Notes: generated by a model not told the origin, from the sequence alone. A DNA stretch of 64,000 nucleotides from the human T2T-CHM13v2.0 reference genome, Homo sapiens (GCF_009914755.1 NC_060936.1), one strand, 5' to 3'; shown: positions 9,541 to 23,819, counted from the stretch's first letter. Made by a program: numbers and translations.

Positions 9541-11589
9541 TGCTTCTAGTACCTTTTTCTTATTAATTTAATATAGCCAAAGTAAAATGATGAAGGGCAT
9601 TCTTGTTAAAAATGACAAAATGCTATAGCTAGAGCTATGAAAAATGCCAGCTCAACATACATCTTTGCTACAAACCACCTCCTCAATAATTCTGAAAAAA
9701 AAAAATGCCTGTGTTTAGCATTTCTTGTTGAAAAATGGCCTACAAATTATGGAAACATATTAACACAATGTCAACTTCCTTAAATAATATAAGGTACTAT
9801 CCACATCAATATATGACTTAATCATTTTTTCAAAATAAATTCCTTTAGAAACAAGGCCATATCTTCTCCATTTTTGTATGCCTTCAATCAAATGCTGTTA
9901 TTAGTTGAGAAAATGAAGGACTCATTCTCTTAATATCCCCAAGAGGCAGTTAGAATATACAGAATCTATGTATTACTTACATATCATCTGTGTGTGTATA
10001 CATTAACATATACACACAAGTAAAAAATCCCATCAGTGCAATAAATAAAACTCTGGTCACACCTTTCATTATTCCTTTCAGAAACATTATACAGCATTGT
10101 TAATCTCAACCTTTGATGAAACGCAATTCCTTCTTTTTAATAATACTCTGGTAAACCTACACATGAGAGTTTTCCTATTCTTCTCTGTCTTTGAATGTAC
10201 CATTTCATAATGCCAACAAGAAGAAAAGACTTATTTAAGAACCTGGATGGAAAGTGATAGCTAACCCAACTTTTCTTATTTAAAATATAGAGAGTATTTG
10301 AGAGATTTGGGGTCAAATGGGACTTGTAAGCAAAGGTGGCAATAACTTCTACATCTCGTGCTGGATTTTATTCCGGTATAGAGTGTTTGTCTGGGGCTGT
10401 GGGTTGGTGAGAGGAACGTGGCATGTTCTCGCTCTCTCTCTTTTTTTAAATTTATCTACCTGCTACATAGGCTGTGGCAGGTGTGGAGATAACTTTCCAA
10501 TAATGACTGGAAGCAATTTTCTCCAACTTCACAGGAACTTACCATCTGGTTCTGAGGGCCAGAGATAACTCAGTCTCTAAGTTAGCTCAGGGCCCAAGAA
10601 AAGATTGATAAAGAAGTCTGATTATGCTGCCGCATAGCAGTGTCAATAACACATCACTGTTTGGTCACTCCGAGTGAGCTCTTCAGATGTCTTCAGAAAA
10701 GAAAGTGGAGCTCTAATTGAATTAACCTATCTCAAACCCAAGCACATTACTTAACGCAGAGGAGGTCAAGTTTTATGAAGGTAATATAAAAACACTAAAA
10801 ATGTATTTGCATAGTGTGTGGATCTTTTTCATCTAACCTTTGGTCTCATACGGTAAACTGTCAGATTCAATTTTGGCCTTGAGTACTCTAGAATAAATAA
10901 TTTTGCCCATGAAATTTTTCTTACCAGTAAAAATGTTTGGCCAAAGTTGAAAAATCACTAAGCTGCCAAGCCAATATGCTCTGTGGCTTAAGAGAAAATA
11001 GGTGTGTTCATCAAGCAAAGGAAAGATACAAAACTACAACATGAACAATTTAGCCCAAAAGACAAACGTTTGCAGAAAAATGAATATTGTTCTTGTTCTA
11101 AATACCTGGGATGGCTACTAAAATTGCTAAAATGTACTAGCTAGTTTCTCTAATCTCCATTTGATTTTGTCACTGTGGCCATAAACATCTTGGAGTGGTT
11201 ATTTTGTATAGCCAGCATTGGAGTGGATGCTTAGCATGCAAAACATTCACCACAGGCTGATTTCTCAGGCCCCCTGAGATTACGTGTAGCAACGAGAACA
11301 TGACATAATTAAATTATATGGCAAAGCATTAAGTAAGAAAGTAAACATACAGGCTCTGTCTCTTGGGAGAATGTCAGCTTACATATTTTTAAAGATGTCT
11401 TATTAAAAAAAGATCAATAAACTGAAGTTATCTCAGCTTGAGGAAATAAAACAGTTCTCTGGAGAAAATAGTTTCTTCTCTAGAAGGTGTATAAGGAGAA
11501 GAAAACGTCTTCAGGGGAGTAAAGACTACTTATCCCTTTTCAATGTAAAGAAAATTACCAGTATTTGTAGGGTGGAAAGTGAGGGAGAT

Positions 11590-12010
11590 GAAATATTAAA
11601 GACTGAATGTTCATTTCCCTCCAAAATTCATACAAAGAAGCTTTAACCCCCAAGTGATGGTATTTGGAGATGGGACCTTAAGGAACTATCTAGGATTGGA
11701 TTAGGTCATGAGGATGGGGCATTTATGATGGAATTAATGCTCTTATAAAAAGAAGGAGAGACAGGAGATCTCTCTCTCTGTCTCCTTCTTCTCCCAGCCA
11801 CCTCACCACCTTGTGCAGATACCAAGAAAAGGCCTAGTGAAAACATAAGAAGAAGATGGCTCTATGCAAACCAGGAAGAGGACTCTCACCCAAAACTGAA
11901 TCTGCCAGCACTTGGAACTTTGACTTCTCAGCCTCCAGAACTGTGAGAAATAAATGTTTGTTAAGTCACTCTGTCTATGGTATTTCATTATGGCAGCCCA
12001 AACTAAGACA
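11590..12010 (+). mobile_element. MLT1A-type MaLR solo LTR
   Basis: GACTGAATGT...CCAAAATTCATA...GTATTTGGAGATGGG...CTCAGCCTCCAGAACTGTGAGAAATAAATG...GCAGCCCAAACTAAGACA. Confidence 0.85.
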
Positions 12011-12409
12011 TGGGGCAATGGTCAACATCGCTTTAAGGTGTGTCCTACTATAGAAGTCTCTTTTCTCTTCACAGGCAGGTAAAACTAAGCAACCATGTTT
12101 GTACTATGTCATGTCCCTGCTTGGACCAGGACAGATTCTTGAATCAATGTTAGAAAATCTATTGGCTGGCCCACAGCCAACTAAATTTTCACTCTTGAAA
12201 GTGCTAAGATCATGGCATCTAGCATAGGGCCAATCCTATTGAGAGGCAAAACTAAAAGCAAACCGAATTGAGGAAGGGGCAGAAGTGATGAGTGAAGAAG
12301 AAGCAAAAGGCAGTTACTCCACAGAGAAATTAATGGTGGGCAGACATCCACAAATGCTGAGTCCAGTTCCCAGTTTTTTCCTGATGAGTCTCAGTTGAAC
12401 CTAATTTCC

Positions 12410-12711
<302 letters not shown>

Positions 12712-12934
12712 CTAATTTTCTTGCTAAAGAAATGTATGAGAGTGCCTCATATAACACTATAATGCTCCTCACTTCTCACACTTTTTTTTTCAGTTGAGCT
12801 AATTTCAACAAGTTTTTATTAGCTTACAACTAAATAAACCTTGAATAAGATAAAGGACAAGCATTTAAAGATAATATTCTTGGCATTTTAAAATTATAGA
12901 AAATGGGAAATAAGGAGGGAAAAGACGTAACACT

Positions 12935-13145
12935 TGTTTAGTGTCTTTCATGTGACACACATTGTGGTGGTAGGTGTATTAGATATTTTAATCTTTTTAG
13001 CAGCTGCATATCTCAACAACATTTTGATTGGAATTATACTGATGAAGCAAATGTGTCTCAAAGAGCTTAATAAACTTGCTCAAACTCCTGAGGTATCAGA
13101 ATTTAAACTCAGGAGTGACTGGCTCCAGAATTCTTTTCCTTAACA
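12935..13145 (-). mobile_element. MIR fragment
   Basis: TAATAAACTTGCTCAA...CAGAATTTAAACTCAGGAGTGACTGGCTCCAGA. Confidence 0.5.
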
Positions 13146-13235
13146 CCAACATCAAACTTAGGAGCAAGGCAAATATTGTGGCCAGGTAACAACCAGACTC
13201 TTGAACAAAACAGTGAAGATGTAGGTTACTAGATT

Positions 13236-13646
13236 TGAAGGTTGATCTCATGTGTCAACTCAGAGGGTGTTTTTGGGTGAGATTACCATTTAAATCAGTG
13301 AACTTTGAGGAAGCTGATTGTCCTCCATAATATGGGTGGGTCTCATCCAGTTAGCTGAAACCCTGAATAGAACAATAAGACTAGCCTCCAAGATTAAGAG
13401 ATAATTCTGCAGTAGACTGCCTTCAGACTTCTCTTATGCCATTGGCTCTCCTGGGTCTCTGCCTGCCAGCCTTTGGACTGGAACTGCACCATCGGCTCTC
13501 CTGGGTTTCTAGCTTGCTGGTTCACACTGCAGATTTGGACTTGCCAGCCCCCGTAATTATGTGAGTCAGTTCCTGGCAATGAATTGCTTTCTTTCTACAT
13601 AAAACCATCCTATTAATTCTTTCTCTGGAGAAGCTCAAGTAATACA
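13236..13646 (+). mobile_element. MLT2 (MLT2B/D-like) ERVL solo LTR
   Basis: ATGTGTCAACT...GAGATTACCATTTAAATCAGTG...TGCAGATTTGGACTTGCCAGCC...TTCTCTGGAGAAGCTCAAGTAATACA. Confidence 0.8.
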
Positions 13647-13799
13647 CCAAAGAAATGTTTGTTCAGAAAACCAAGATTGCTATTCCAAGCCAGTTCTGGA
13701 GTGTGTAAAAGGATTCTAGTTGGGGTGTTTGATATAGCCCTTTCTGTCTTCTGATGCTTATTGTTAGCATAGTGTACTTATTTCCATCTTTTTATTTTA

Positions 13800-15770
13800 A
13801 ACATATTTACATTTTTATATCTAAAATTCAGTAGTTGAGTCTTTTAAAATTTATTTTTACTGTTTTTGCCTTTTAATTGAAGTGTTTAGCTGATTAATAT
13901 TTAAATTATTATTGATATAGTTAGATTTAGTTTGCCATCTTACTGGTTTTTTTTTCTGTTTTGTTCCTCTGTTTTTCATATCTGTTCCTTCTATCCTGAC
14001 TTCTTTGAATTAATTGTAGTTTTTGGAATCCCATTTTAATTCATTCATTGGCTTTAAACTTATATCTCTTTGCATTATTTTTTATTGTTCACTGTGAATT
14101 ACAATATATATCCTTAACTTTTTACAGTCTACTATGAGTTAATGTTGTGCCTTTTTGTGGAATGTGTACAACCATAAAGAGACATTTATTTTTCCTGTCA
14201 TGCTTTATGGTAGTTATGGTACTATAATACAGTACATATGCTACCAACTCTAATGACAATGTTATAATTTTGGGATTAGTCGTATGTTATTTTTAAATAA
14301 TTTAAAAGTAAAAACAAGTGTTTTATATTTACCCCCAAATTTACTGTTTTCAGTCTTCTTAATTATTTCCTAAACCCTGAAGAATTTTCTTTAGCATTTA
14401 TGTAGTACAGGTGTGCCTCCTGTATATTCTCTTAGTTTTCTTTTGTCTGAAAATGCCTTTATTTTGCCCTAACTCTTGAAGAATATTTTTGGTAGATATG
14501 AAATTTTTGTTTGATTTCTTTGCTAGTACTTTAAAGGTGTTCTGCTGTCTCCTGGTCTTCATTATTTCTGGTGAGAAGTCAATGGCCATTTGAATTCAAA
14601 TTACACAATGTTCTTTGTTTGAAATGTGTCATTGTCATCTGGCTTCCTTCAAGATATTCTCCTTAGTTTTGGTTTTCATCAGTATGACAATAATGACTTT
14701 AGATATAATTTTCCTTTCATTTATTCTGCTTAGTGTTTGCTGAGTTTCGTGACTCTGTAAATTTGTGCCTTTCCCCAAAGTTGGAAAAACTTCAACCACT
14801 ATATATGTAAAATATGTTATGTCCTGTTCCATCCTTCTTTTCCTCTGGGACTTCAATTACATGTATGTTAAACCTTTTGATATTGCCTTACAGTTCTCTG
14901 AGATTTTGTTCATTTTCAAAACCTTTTAATCTCAGTTCTTCATTTTGGAAATTTCCACTGATTTATCTTTAAGTTAATTGATTTTTTTTTCATCTTTAAT
15001 CTGAGTCAAACCCATGCAGTGGCTTTTTATTGCATACATTATATTTTTAGGTTATAAAATTTCCATTTGAATTTGAGAGTTTTGATTTCTTTGCTGAGAT
15101 TTTGACTTTTAGTTGATTGTGAGTATAATAGCTGTTTTAAAATTGTTGTGTAATAATTACAAAATCTGAGTAATCTCAGAGTCAATATCCACTGGTTTTC
15201 TCTTCACTAAGGGTCAAAATTTTCCTATATTTTAAATGCCAAATAATTTTTAACTAGATTCTGGAAATTGTTAATGATACATTGTCTAGGCTCTGGATGG
15301 TGTTATATTTCTCTGAAGAATATTGATTTCTGTTTGGTTTGTTAAGCAGTTAACTGAACTGAGCTCAAATTGCAAACTTTTGTTGCCCTGCAGTGAGCAG
15401 CAGCTGAAATTTTAGCCTTGGATGTGCTCTTTAGAGTTTGCCTGCCACATGCATATTTTAGAAGTAGACTAGAGATTTCTTCAGAGTTTATATGCAGAAT
15501 TCAGGGCTCCATTCTCTGCTCTCCTCATACATGGAATCCCCCTTCACCTTCCAGTTGCAGTAATTGCTCAGAAATCTGTTTCCTAGTTCTTCAAGCCAGT
15601 AACACTATGACTTGCCTTCAAAGCAAGCACTCACCAAATGCCATTTCCTTTTTTCAACTGTCAATCCCCCACCAAAATTTGCCTGATTTGCGTGGTTTTT
15701 CAGTGCCTTCAGGTATTGTTTTTTATATTTTTTCCCAGAGTTTATGGTTATTATTTTCAGATAATATAGG
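13800..15770 (-). mobile_element. Old L1M LINE, 5' region/ORF1 remnant
   Basis: Minus-strand ORFs 14398..14589 (DFSPEIMKTRRQ) and 14635..14856 (FPTLGKGTNLQ...KENILKEAR) resemble L1 ORF1p. Confidence 0.75.
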
Positions 15771-16059
15771 AGCTAGTCAACCATGACACAAGGTGGCAGG
15801 CTAGCTGGAATTTTGGGGACTAATGTTTCCAAATAAACCTGCACACAAACCTCTTGGGAAATAGTCTTTTTGATTTACAGGAACAAATATTTAGAAGGTT
15901 TAGTGTTGAAGAACTTATTTCAGATGAAGCCAGCCTCAGTCTTTGCATGCTAATGTCACACTTTAGTAAGTCCTTAAACAGGTAATCAGACATAAACTGT
16001 TTTAAACTGAAATTTCTGTAAGTCTCAAATATCAAATTTATATCTCAGTATCACAGAAT

Positions 16060-16290
16060 GAATAAATGGATTAGGTAGTGTGTTAGAAGATGATAAGTGC
16101 TGTAAAAAAAGTAAATCAGAATAGGGTAATGAGAATTGGGAGGGCAAGTAGGGGTGGAGGGCATTGCAATTTTAGGTAGGGTGATTGGGGTATGGCTCAT
16201 TGAAAAGATCACATCCAAGCAGATTGTTGAAGGAGATAAGGGAATTTGTTTGCAGCTATCTGGGGGAACAGTGTTTCAGAAAGAGAGAAC
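16060..16290 (-). mobile_element. L2 fragment
   Basis: GATGATAAGTGCTGTAAAAA...GCAATTTTAGGTAGGGTG...CTATCTGGGGGAACAGTGTTTCAG. Confidence 0.6.
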
Positions 16291-16319
16291 AGCATCATTT
16301 ACTACACATATCAAGGGCT

Positions 16320-16500
16320 ACATGTTTAATCCTCTCAAAAAAATATCGAGAAAGAGGCTCTATTATCTCTCTTTTACAGATGTGTAAACTGAGGGGCAGG
16401 GAAGTTAAATACTTTGTCTATGGTCGTAAAGCTGATAAGCCACAGAACCGAGTTTGAATGCTTGGCATCCTGTCATCTTCAGACCCCATTCTCTTAACTT
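16320..16500 (-). mobile_element. MIR
   Basis: TTTAATCCTC...TTTTACAGATGTGTAAACTGAGG...GAAGTTAAATACTTTG. Confidence 0.65.
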
Positions 16501-17769
16501 GTATTATCTGTTTACTGGATTCATCACCTTTTTTTTTTTTCAAAAATAAACATTCTGTATGATTTCAATTGTTGAAGATCTAGTCCCAACCCTTAAGTCC
16601 CTACCCTTAAGACCAGTGTAGTACAGATGGTCATATGAATAGATAAGTTGCAATACAATGCAGTGGAGGTTATAACAGGGGTCTGTAGGGACAAAGGCAA
16701 ATTGCACAATTTTACACAGAAAGTTGACTAAACAAAGGAACACTTGAAACTCCACTGCTACTTCTGGTGGAGTCATTTGTGTTTGTCTTATATAAACCCT
16801 GAGGTGAGTCACCTTGTAGCTTTCTCTAACCCTGCACAAAGCTGCCTTGAATCTGAATTTAGGACATCTCTCTGGAAGAGAAGAAAGAAAAAAGGAAGAA
16901 AGGGAGGACAGGAGGAAAGAAGGAGGAGAAAAATGCCAGGGAGAATTCTTGATAACATGTAAGCTCTCTCTCTGCCGGCGTGCCTTTCTTAAGAAGTTTT
17001 GGCCAACAGCTCTTATCTCCAGGTGAATTGGTAAATGCTAAATACCAAAATTGAGGATCACCAAGATCCAAACTTGAAACCACACACCTGCAAAGGGCCA
17101 CACATGTCACCCTAATGATCATCCTCTTTTGCACTCTAAGCACATGTCTCTAGATACACTTATTTAATTACTTCAAAACTCTTGTTCTTCATTTGTAAAA
17201 AGGGGTTATAATACTCTATTATATTTCACAGGGCTATTGTGAATATTAAATAATACAAGGCTTGCCACGTATTAAGTGCTCAGTAAATGATAGCACTAAC
17301 TATTTCCATTCCAATCTGTTTCTTGGATATTAAAGTGCTCAATAAGTGCTTGGAGATTATGAATTCTAAATTTTATTATGTAGTTGGTTTAGGTAAAAAT
17401 ATTTGAAAGCAAAAGTCATATAGGATAAGTAGTGGAGAAAAGCACAGATTTTTGGAGACAGAAGGACTTGCGTGCGACTCTGGTTCTGTCAGTTATTAGC
17501 TAAGGGAACTTCTATTACTAAACTGTTTTCTCATTGGTGAAATGAAGGCAGTAATCCTTAAGTATTAATAATAAATATCTATACTGTATTGAATACTTGC
17601 TGTGAGCCAAGATTTTCTAAATATCTGTATTATGCTATGAAAGCTTTATAAATCCTACAATATGAAAACAGTATAATGGATATCGAGCGAGGGTGATAAT
17701 TGTTGAAAAGATGCAAATCCTTGGTATCCTGCATATTCTTAGCTTCTTTTGCAAGTATTTTCTCATCTG

Positions 17770-18700
17770 CCTGGTTACCTTGCTTCGGAATATCCCAAGG
17801 CTCAGATTTGTGTCATGCCTTTTCTCTACCAATTTTCCTCCCTTGGGAATCTCACCCAATCCATGATTTAAATACCGTCTATTAAATGGACTGCTTTCAA
17901 AATCATGTTTCAGCCACGACATCTCCTCTGAGCTTTGGATGCCTCTTTCCTTGTGTTTATTCTGTATTTTCAAACTTAATGTGTCCAAAATGAAACCCTA
18001 ATCATTTCTCTAAACTCACTCCTCCTACATGTTTCCCTACCACACTTAATGGCAATTCCATTCCTCCCACTGTAGCAAGACAAAAATTCTGCAGTCATCT
18101 TCACCTTCTCTCACACCCCCCCCAGCCAATCTTTCAGCATAGATTGTGCTCCTTTCAGAATCAATTCAGAATTAGACAGTATCTCACCAATTCCACTGCT
18201 ACATCCCTGGTTCAAGCCTCCATCCTCTCTTGCTTGGATTATTGCAGTGATCTCCTAAGTGGTCTCTCCTGGCTTTGGCTTTAATGTCCCTGCCTATCCC
18301 CCACCCTCATACCCCTGCTGAAATATGTTCTCAAGCATATAGTAAAGGTGAGCCTGTTAAAAGGTAAGTCAGATCATGTCTCTTCTCTTCAAAACTTCCT
18401 CTTACAAGTTTGCATCTTAGAGAAAAGCTAAAAGTCTTTACAATAGCCTCCAGGGCCCTGCGCTATTCCCAGTCTCCTCTTCCCCAACTTCATACTACTG
18501 TGACCTTAGCTGCTATTTTCCTCCTTGCTCATTTTTCTTTAGTCCTCTTAGCTGTTCCTAGAAGACATTGGACATGCTTCCACTTCAGGGACTTTGCACT
18601 TGCTTTTTCTTCTACCTAAAATATTCTTTGCCCAGACACAGTCTCCCTGCTATGTTCTTTAGGTTTTTGTGCAAAAGTTACTTTCACAGTTAAATCTTCC
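17770..18700 (+). mobile_element. L2a fragment
   Basis: CCCAAGGCTCAG, CCATGATTTAAATACCGTC, AAACTTAATGTGTCCAAAATGAAAC, AAGTCAGATCATGTC, CAGGGACTTTGCACTTGCT. Confidence 0.75.
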
Positions 18701-18702
18701 TA

Positions 18703-18790
18703 GCAGGTCTGGCTATATATATTATGAGGCTCAGTGAAAATGAAAATGCAGGGACCTCTTGTTTATGAAATATTAACAAAGACTCTGAAA
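18703..18790 (+). mobile_element. MER45A-like hAT fragment
   Basis: CAGGTCTGGCTAT...CAGTGAAAATGAAAATGCAGGGACCTCTTGTT. Confidence 0.5.
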
Positions 18791-19804
18791 AATCCAGCAG
18801 TAGTAACTTAATTTAACTCAAAGCTATCCAAATTTATTTGAGCACATAAATCTTTTTTCTTCTATAGTACCATTCACAATATTTCTATGTAATGCATTCT
18901 GTAAAATGCCTGGCAAAACCTTAAATACATCTTTCAACTATTTCAAAAATTTTATAAGTCTATGCTCAAATCACTATTAATAGTCTATAAAATTATATAA
19001 TTGTATCTTAATATTAAAATTTACATTATACATTTAGATAATATATGTAATTTAATAAAATACATTTATAATATATAGCTTTTATATCCCATAAGGATTC
19101 AGTCCTTTAGTCATTTTTTTTTGCTTTATAGGAAGTTTGCCATGCAAATATGAAAACAGGAATTAGCCCTTTGAGTAATTTCTCTATCCAAGTAAGTCTG
19201 AAAATTATATAATATACTTTGACAGTATATCTTTCAAATTTTTTGCATTTTTTTCTGCTTTATTTTTCTTAAGGTTTTTGCAAGACATTTGTATTTTAGC
19301 AGGAAATGTGATTTTCATTCTTTGGTACTAAACCCTGAAGATTGAATAACTTCAAGATTCAATGACACTAGAGATAACCATTTCTAAAGGTATAAAGACA
19401 GAAGAAACTTTCCTCTGAGACAGGCAGAAGAGGTAAGGGCTTTTCCAAGGAAGAGCTCTTCCTTTTCTGACAATAACTGAAGACAAGGGGAATCCATATG
19501 AATGGTCTTCCATAAGGTATTTCTCTATTCTTCTGTTGAGAGGATACTTAGCCATATCTGTGTGCATGTACACACACATATATGCACACATATACATATT
19601 ATATATTCTTCATATCCCTGTCTCAGTATTGCTCAGCGTGAAGGGCCACACTTATTTTCTTTAAATAACCACTCACAAAGTTACATTTTTGCAAGTTATA
19701 ATAAAAATAAAATCAAGAAATACTACTAAATAAAAGAAATGTTATACTAAAATAAAGAAATTTTAAAAAACAAAGCCATACAAAATACAAGGTCACATGT
19801 TTAA

Positions 19805-20162
<358 letters not shown>

Positions 20163-21599
20163 TAAATGCCTATTCTTAATGCCGTATTTATGCCATCTCA
20201 GATTGGAACAGTTTGGAGACTGGCTCCAACTTGTGGGCTACCTATTGACCAGTACTGCTCTTGCCTTCACCATTAATTTAGTATGTAGTGTATACTACCA
20301 TTTATTGTGATTTATCTTTTTATTTCCTTGAGAGCAAGAGATATCTATTTGTGTCCTTGAAGTTCCTAGGATAAAACACTACACATATTACTAGATATGT
20401 ATCATATACACTAGGTAGGTAGATAGATACATATCTAGCTTTATGATATAGATATTATATTATCTGTATAATAGATATCTCTAGATAGATATCTGGATAG
20501 GGTTTTATAAAACCTTAACTTTTTTTTTCCTATTTATACTACTCCATGGATCAAAATTTGAGAGTTTTAACAAGGGAACAAAAGAACGAATGCTCTTTAG
20601 AAAATTTCCAAAATCAAGAAAAAATGAATACAGGGTCATAATGTTTATATGCACACCAAGTCACCAAATAATAGTTTTAGAAAGCTTTTACATAAGTTCT
20701 ATGTTTTAAAAGAAAAGTTGCATCTACACATTGACAGACTTGTGTGTAGCTGTCTTGTTTTTAAAGATCTCCTGGGATCGAAATTTTAAAATTCCCTTTA
20801 CTGTCTTAATCATGCATAACATTACTTAAAAAAAACAAACCCATATATGCCATTTTCAAAAGGGGTAAATTTATTTCTTATATTTCCTGATGAAAACTTC
20901 AACACTAAAACAACTCAGAGCAAAAGACAAAGGTGAGATGTCTAATCTCACCTTTTTAGATTTGGGTGTTTTCTCAAGTCACCTTTGAAGCTCTAATGGT
21001 GACAGAATGTTGTAAATCTAATGCATTTTTCATGCAAGCTGATAACAGCCTTATTTAAGGCAATAAAGAGCAAACGGATCTTTGATTAGTTCATCTGAGG
21101 TTTGCTACACACAAAAAAATAAATTTTTAGTGCAGTATGGTTGATTTATTTTGTCCAAACTATGTTAGTGAAATGATGGCTGGAGAAAGGAGTCCTTGCC
21201 ATTCTGGTCTAGAACCCTGAAAGCTGTAAATGAGATCCTCCTGCAATTATTCAATGGGCTGGTGAGTGTTGAGTTCTATAGCAAAACAGAGAGATACAGG
21301 TATGTCAGGGAATCAAGGATGTCAAGCATGGGGATGTCCATCTAATTCTTTCCTCATTGCTGTCTGATGCCTTTTATTAATTCCTCCACCTTCAGCTTCA
21401 GGATAAGTTGATCTACTGTTTTGTGTTTGAGCTGCAGCTCAATACAAAATTTTGTTCCATACAAAATATTTGTGGGGATCACAAACAACAAAACAAAACA
21501 GATTGTTTGGAAAATATAAAGATTCACATGAACATATACAATGATAAAGAACAAAAGTACAATAAAACAGCCATGTACCGGGACAATATATTTGCATGT

Positions 21600-22250
21600 A
21601 AAGTGTTCATATTATAATTTGCAAAGGCTCATTAAAGTTTATAGAAGTCCACGCCTCCATAAATAAATTGGCAAAGAATAGGAATGAACAGGAATGAACA
21701 AGCAGTTCATCCAAGAGAAATACAAATAGGAAACAAGCAAATGAAAATATTTTAATTCTCAATACTGATCAAAGAAATGGAAATTAAAGAAATTGATAGT
21801 AAAAATATCAACTTAGAAATGCTAAATTGTACTAAAAAACTAAGATCTTAGAAACTTAAACATTCATGAAAAATTAACATTCAAACAAATGGCATGTTCG
21901 AAGGGAAACAAAAATTCACATAATGATCAAACAGATAAAACTATAAAGCTATCCATACTATTTGGGACTGAAAAACCATGGAGGGACGTATCCTAAGGAA
22001 ATAATAGAGTCAAAAAGCTGTATGTATGATGATATTTATTGTAACTAAAGGAGAAAAACTTATTAAACAGTAAAAGAAGATTAAGTAGCCAATAAAAATA
22101 ATACGTTACAAAACTACATAGAAATCTAAAAGAATAGTAATTATATAATATTAAATGAACATCGAAAATGCAAAACAATTCCAGCTATTTAAAAACTGTA
22201 TGTATGTGGTGATTTACAAAGTTAAAAACATGCAAATTGCTTTAGAGTAA
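21600..22250 (+). mobile_element. Old L1ME-type 3' fragment
   Basis: AAATTGGCAAAG...AAGCAGTTCA...TGATCAAAGAAATGGAAATTAAA...TATCCTAAGGAAATAAT. Confidence 0.5.
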
Positions 22251-23064
22251 TAGGTTAAGATTCCCTCCCTCTTTTTTTTTTTTTTTTTTTTTGCCAATCC
22301 CCGTATTTGGATTATTTCACCTATCCTATGTATTTTTTTCCCTAAATAATAGCAAAAACTCAAAAACTTTTTCAAGGGACAAAGAAGAAAAAGATGAGTA
22401 TCTGGAGGAGATACTTCTCCCCCTTCACCTTACAGTCAGGCTTTTGCTGATACTCAGTTTTTTTCAGCCCTGTCAGCCCCTTTTCGGAGGAGTTGATGTG
22501 TAGCCCTAATCCTCTCTGCTGGCTGCCTCCCTATTCAGGAGGGTATGCAAATACTTCCAAACCAGAGCATTTTAGACCTATTCAAGGCCCAAGACAACAC
22601 ACTTTTCATTAGCATTTGAAGTGTGAGGGCTGAAAAAGGGGAATGGACAACTTTTTTTCTTTTTTCTTTTTTTCCCTTTTGGCTCGAAGCTTTGGGGAGA
22701 CTTGAAAATGTACGTTTTTCATCCCTTTGCACACATCAGCATTGGCGCTAAACTTCAGAGGGACGCATTGACTGCCCTCAGGGGAAAGCATTCAGGGGGA
22801 TTTTTACACATACACGGAGGGCCATCGCCTGAAATAAATCACAGAAAGGAGGTGGCAGAGATGAAGCGAGAGGGGTTCAACGCGGGCTAAGCTATGCGTC
22901 CAGAGGCATGAATTTAAATCGCGATTTATTTTCCTCTCGCTCTGCACTTGCATGAACCTCAGTTTCTTAATCTTCAGCAATGGGGAGGGGGGCTTTGGGG
23001 AGAAGCGGCACAAGATTTAAAATGCAAGGCAAGTCTCCCATCAGACAACCCTCTGGAGGTGCTC

Positions 23065-23285
23065 TGTCTGTAGCCGTGATGTTAGAGCCTGGCGCTCTGA
23101 AGCCTAGGTCACAAGTTCAATCCCCTTCTGGGTCAGTTAGCTTTTCTCTGTTCCACAGCCACAGACTAAAGGCCTGAGCCCCTTATTCAGGCCAAATGTC
23201 TAACAAAATGTGTGTCCTTAGTCACTGCACAAAACAGCCCAGCCAGAGCCTAGCAAATCCATCCTTTACTGTTGGGGAGCCGTCA
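23065..23285 (+). mobile_element. MamSINE1-like tRNA-derived SINE
   Basis: Decayed tRNA head (GTTAGAGCCTGG...AAGTTCAATCCCC) followed by CAGTTAGCTTTTCTCTGTTCCACAGCCACAGACT and GCAAATCCATC. Confidence 0.6.
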
Positions 23286-23369
23286 GGAAGCTAGCTGTCC
23301 TTGGAGGCCTACAATCTCTGCACGGACAAGGTGAGAAGGTGAGAAGGTCAGAGGGAGGTAGTGTGTGGG

Positions 23370-23540
23370 TGCTGAAGATGGCCAGAACTTGGAGGAGATC
23401 GAGCCCAACAACTTACTCTGTGACTCTGAGTAACTTATTCAACCTCTCTGGGCCCCAGCTGTGGACAAGCTGTTGTGATGACTGAGTGTGTTAATGCACA
23501 TCAAGAGATTAACACTGTGCCTGGGACACACTAAACAGTC
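23370..23540 (+). mobile_element. MIR fragment
   Basis: ACTTACTCTGTGACTCTGAGTAACTTATTCAACCTCTCTGGGCCCCAG. Confidence 0.55.
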
Positions 23541-23819
23541 AGATTTTGCTAGGATTGTCATCCCTAACCATGATGATAAAACGGTGCTTTATGGCTATTT
23601 CAGGAAATTTGAGAAAAGGATTTAACATGTGAAGGTAAGACAGAGAGCTTTTTGACTGATATCAGTAAAAATGATTACGTGCCTAATGTATATCAGGTAC
23701 CTTGATAGATTCCTTTTGGGGGGAGATAGGTTATTATAAAATAATAAATGCCACATGGATACATGGATCTTGTCCCCAAGGAATTTATAGAGCCAGATGA
23801 CCCTGCTATAAACCCTGAT

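Noticed and set aside
21049-21060. CCTTATTTAAGG as an SRF CArG box
   Set aside because: Eight A/T bases lie between CC and GG rather than six.
21679-21700. Short direct repeats (AGGAATGAAC x2; also ACCAATGTCAA x2 near 38506-38529)
   Set aside because: Ordinary slippage duplications inside decayed L1 sequence.
23065-23150. Possible tRNA gene
   Set aside because: No intact cloverleaf or acceptor stem; it continues into a SINE body.
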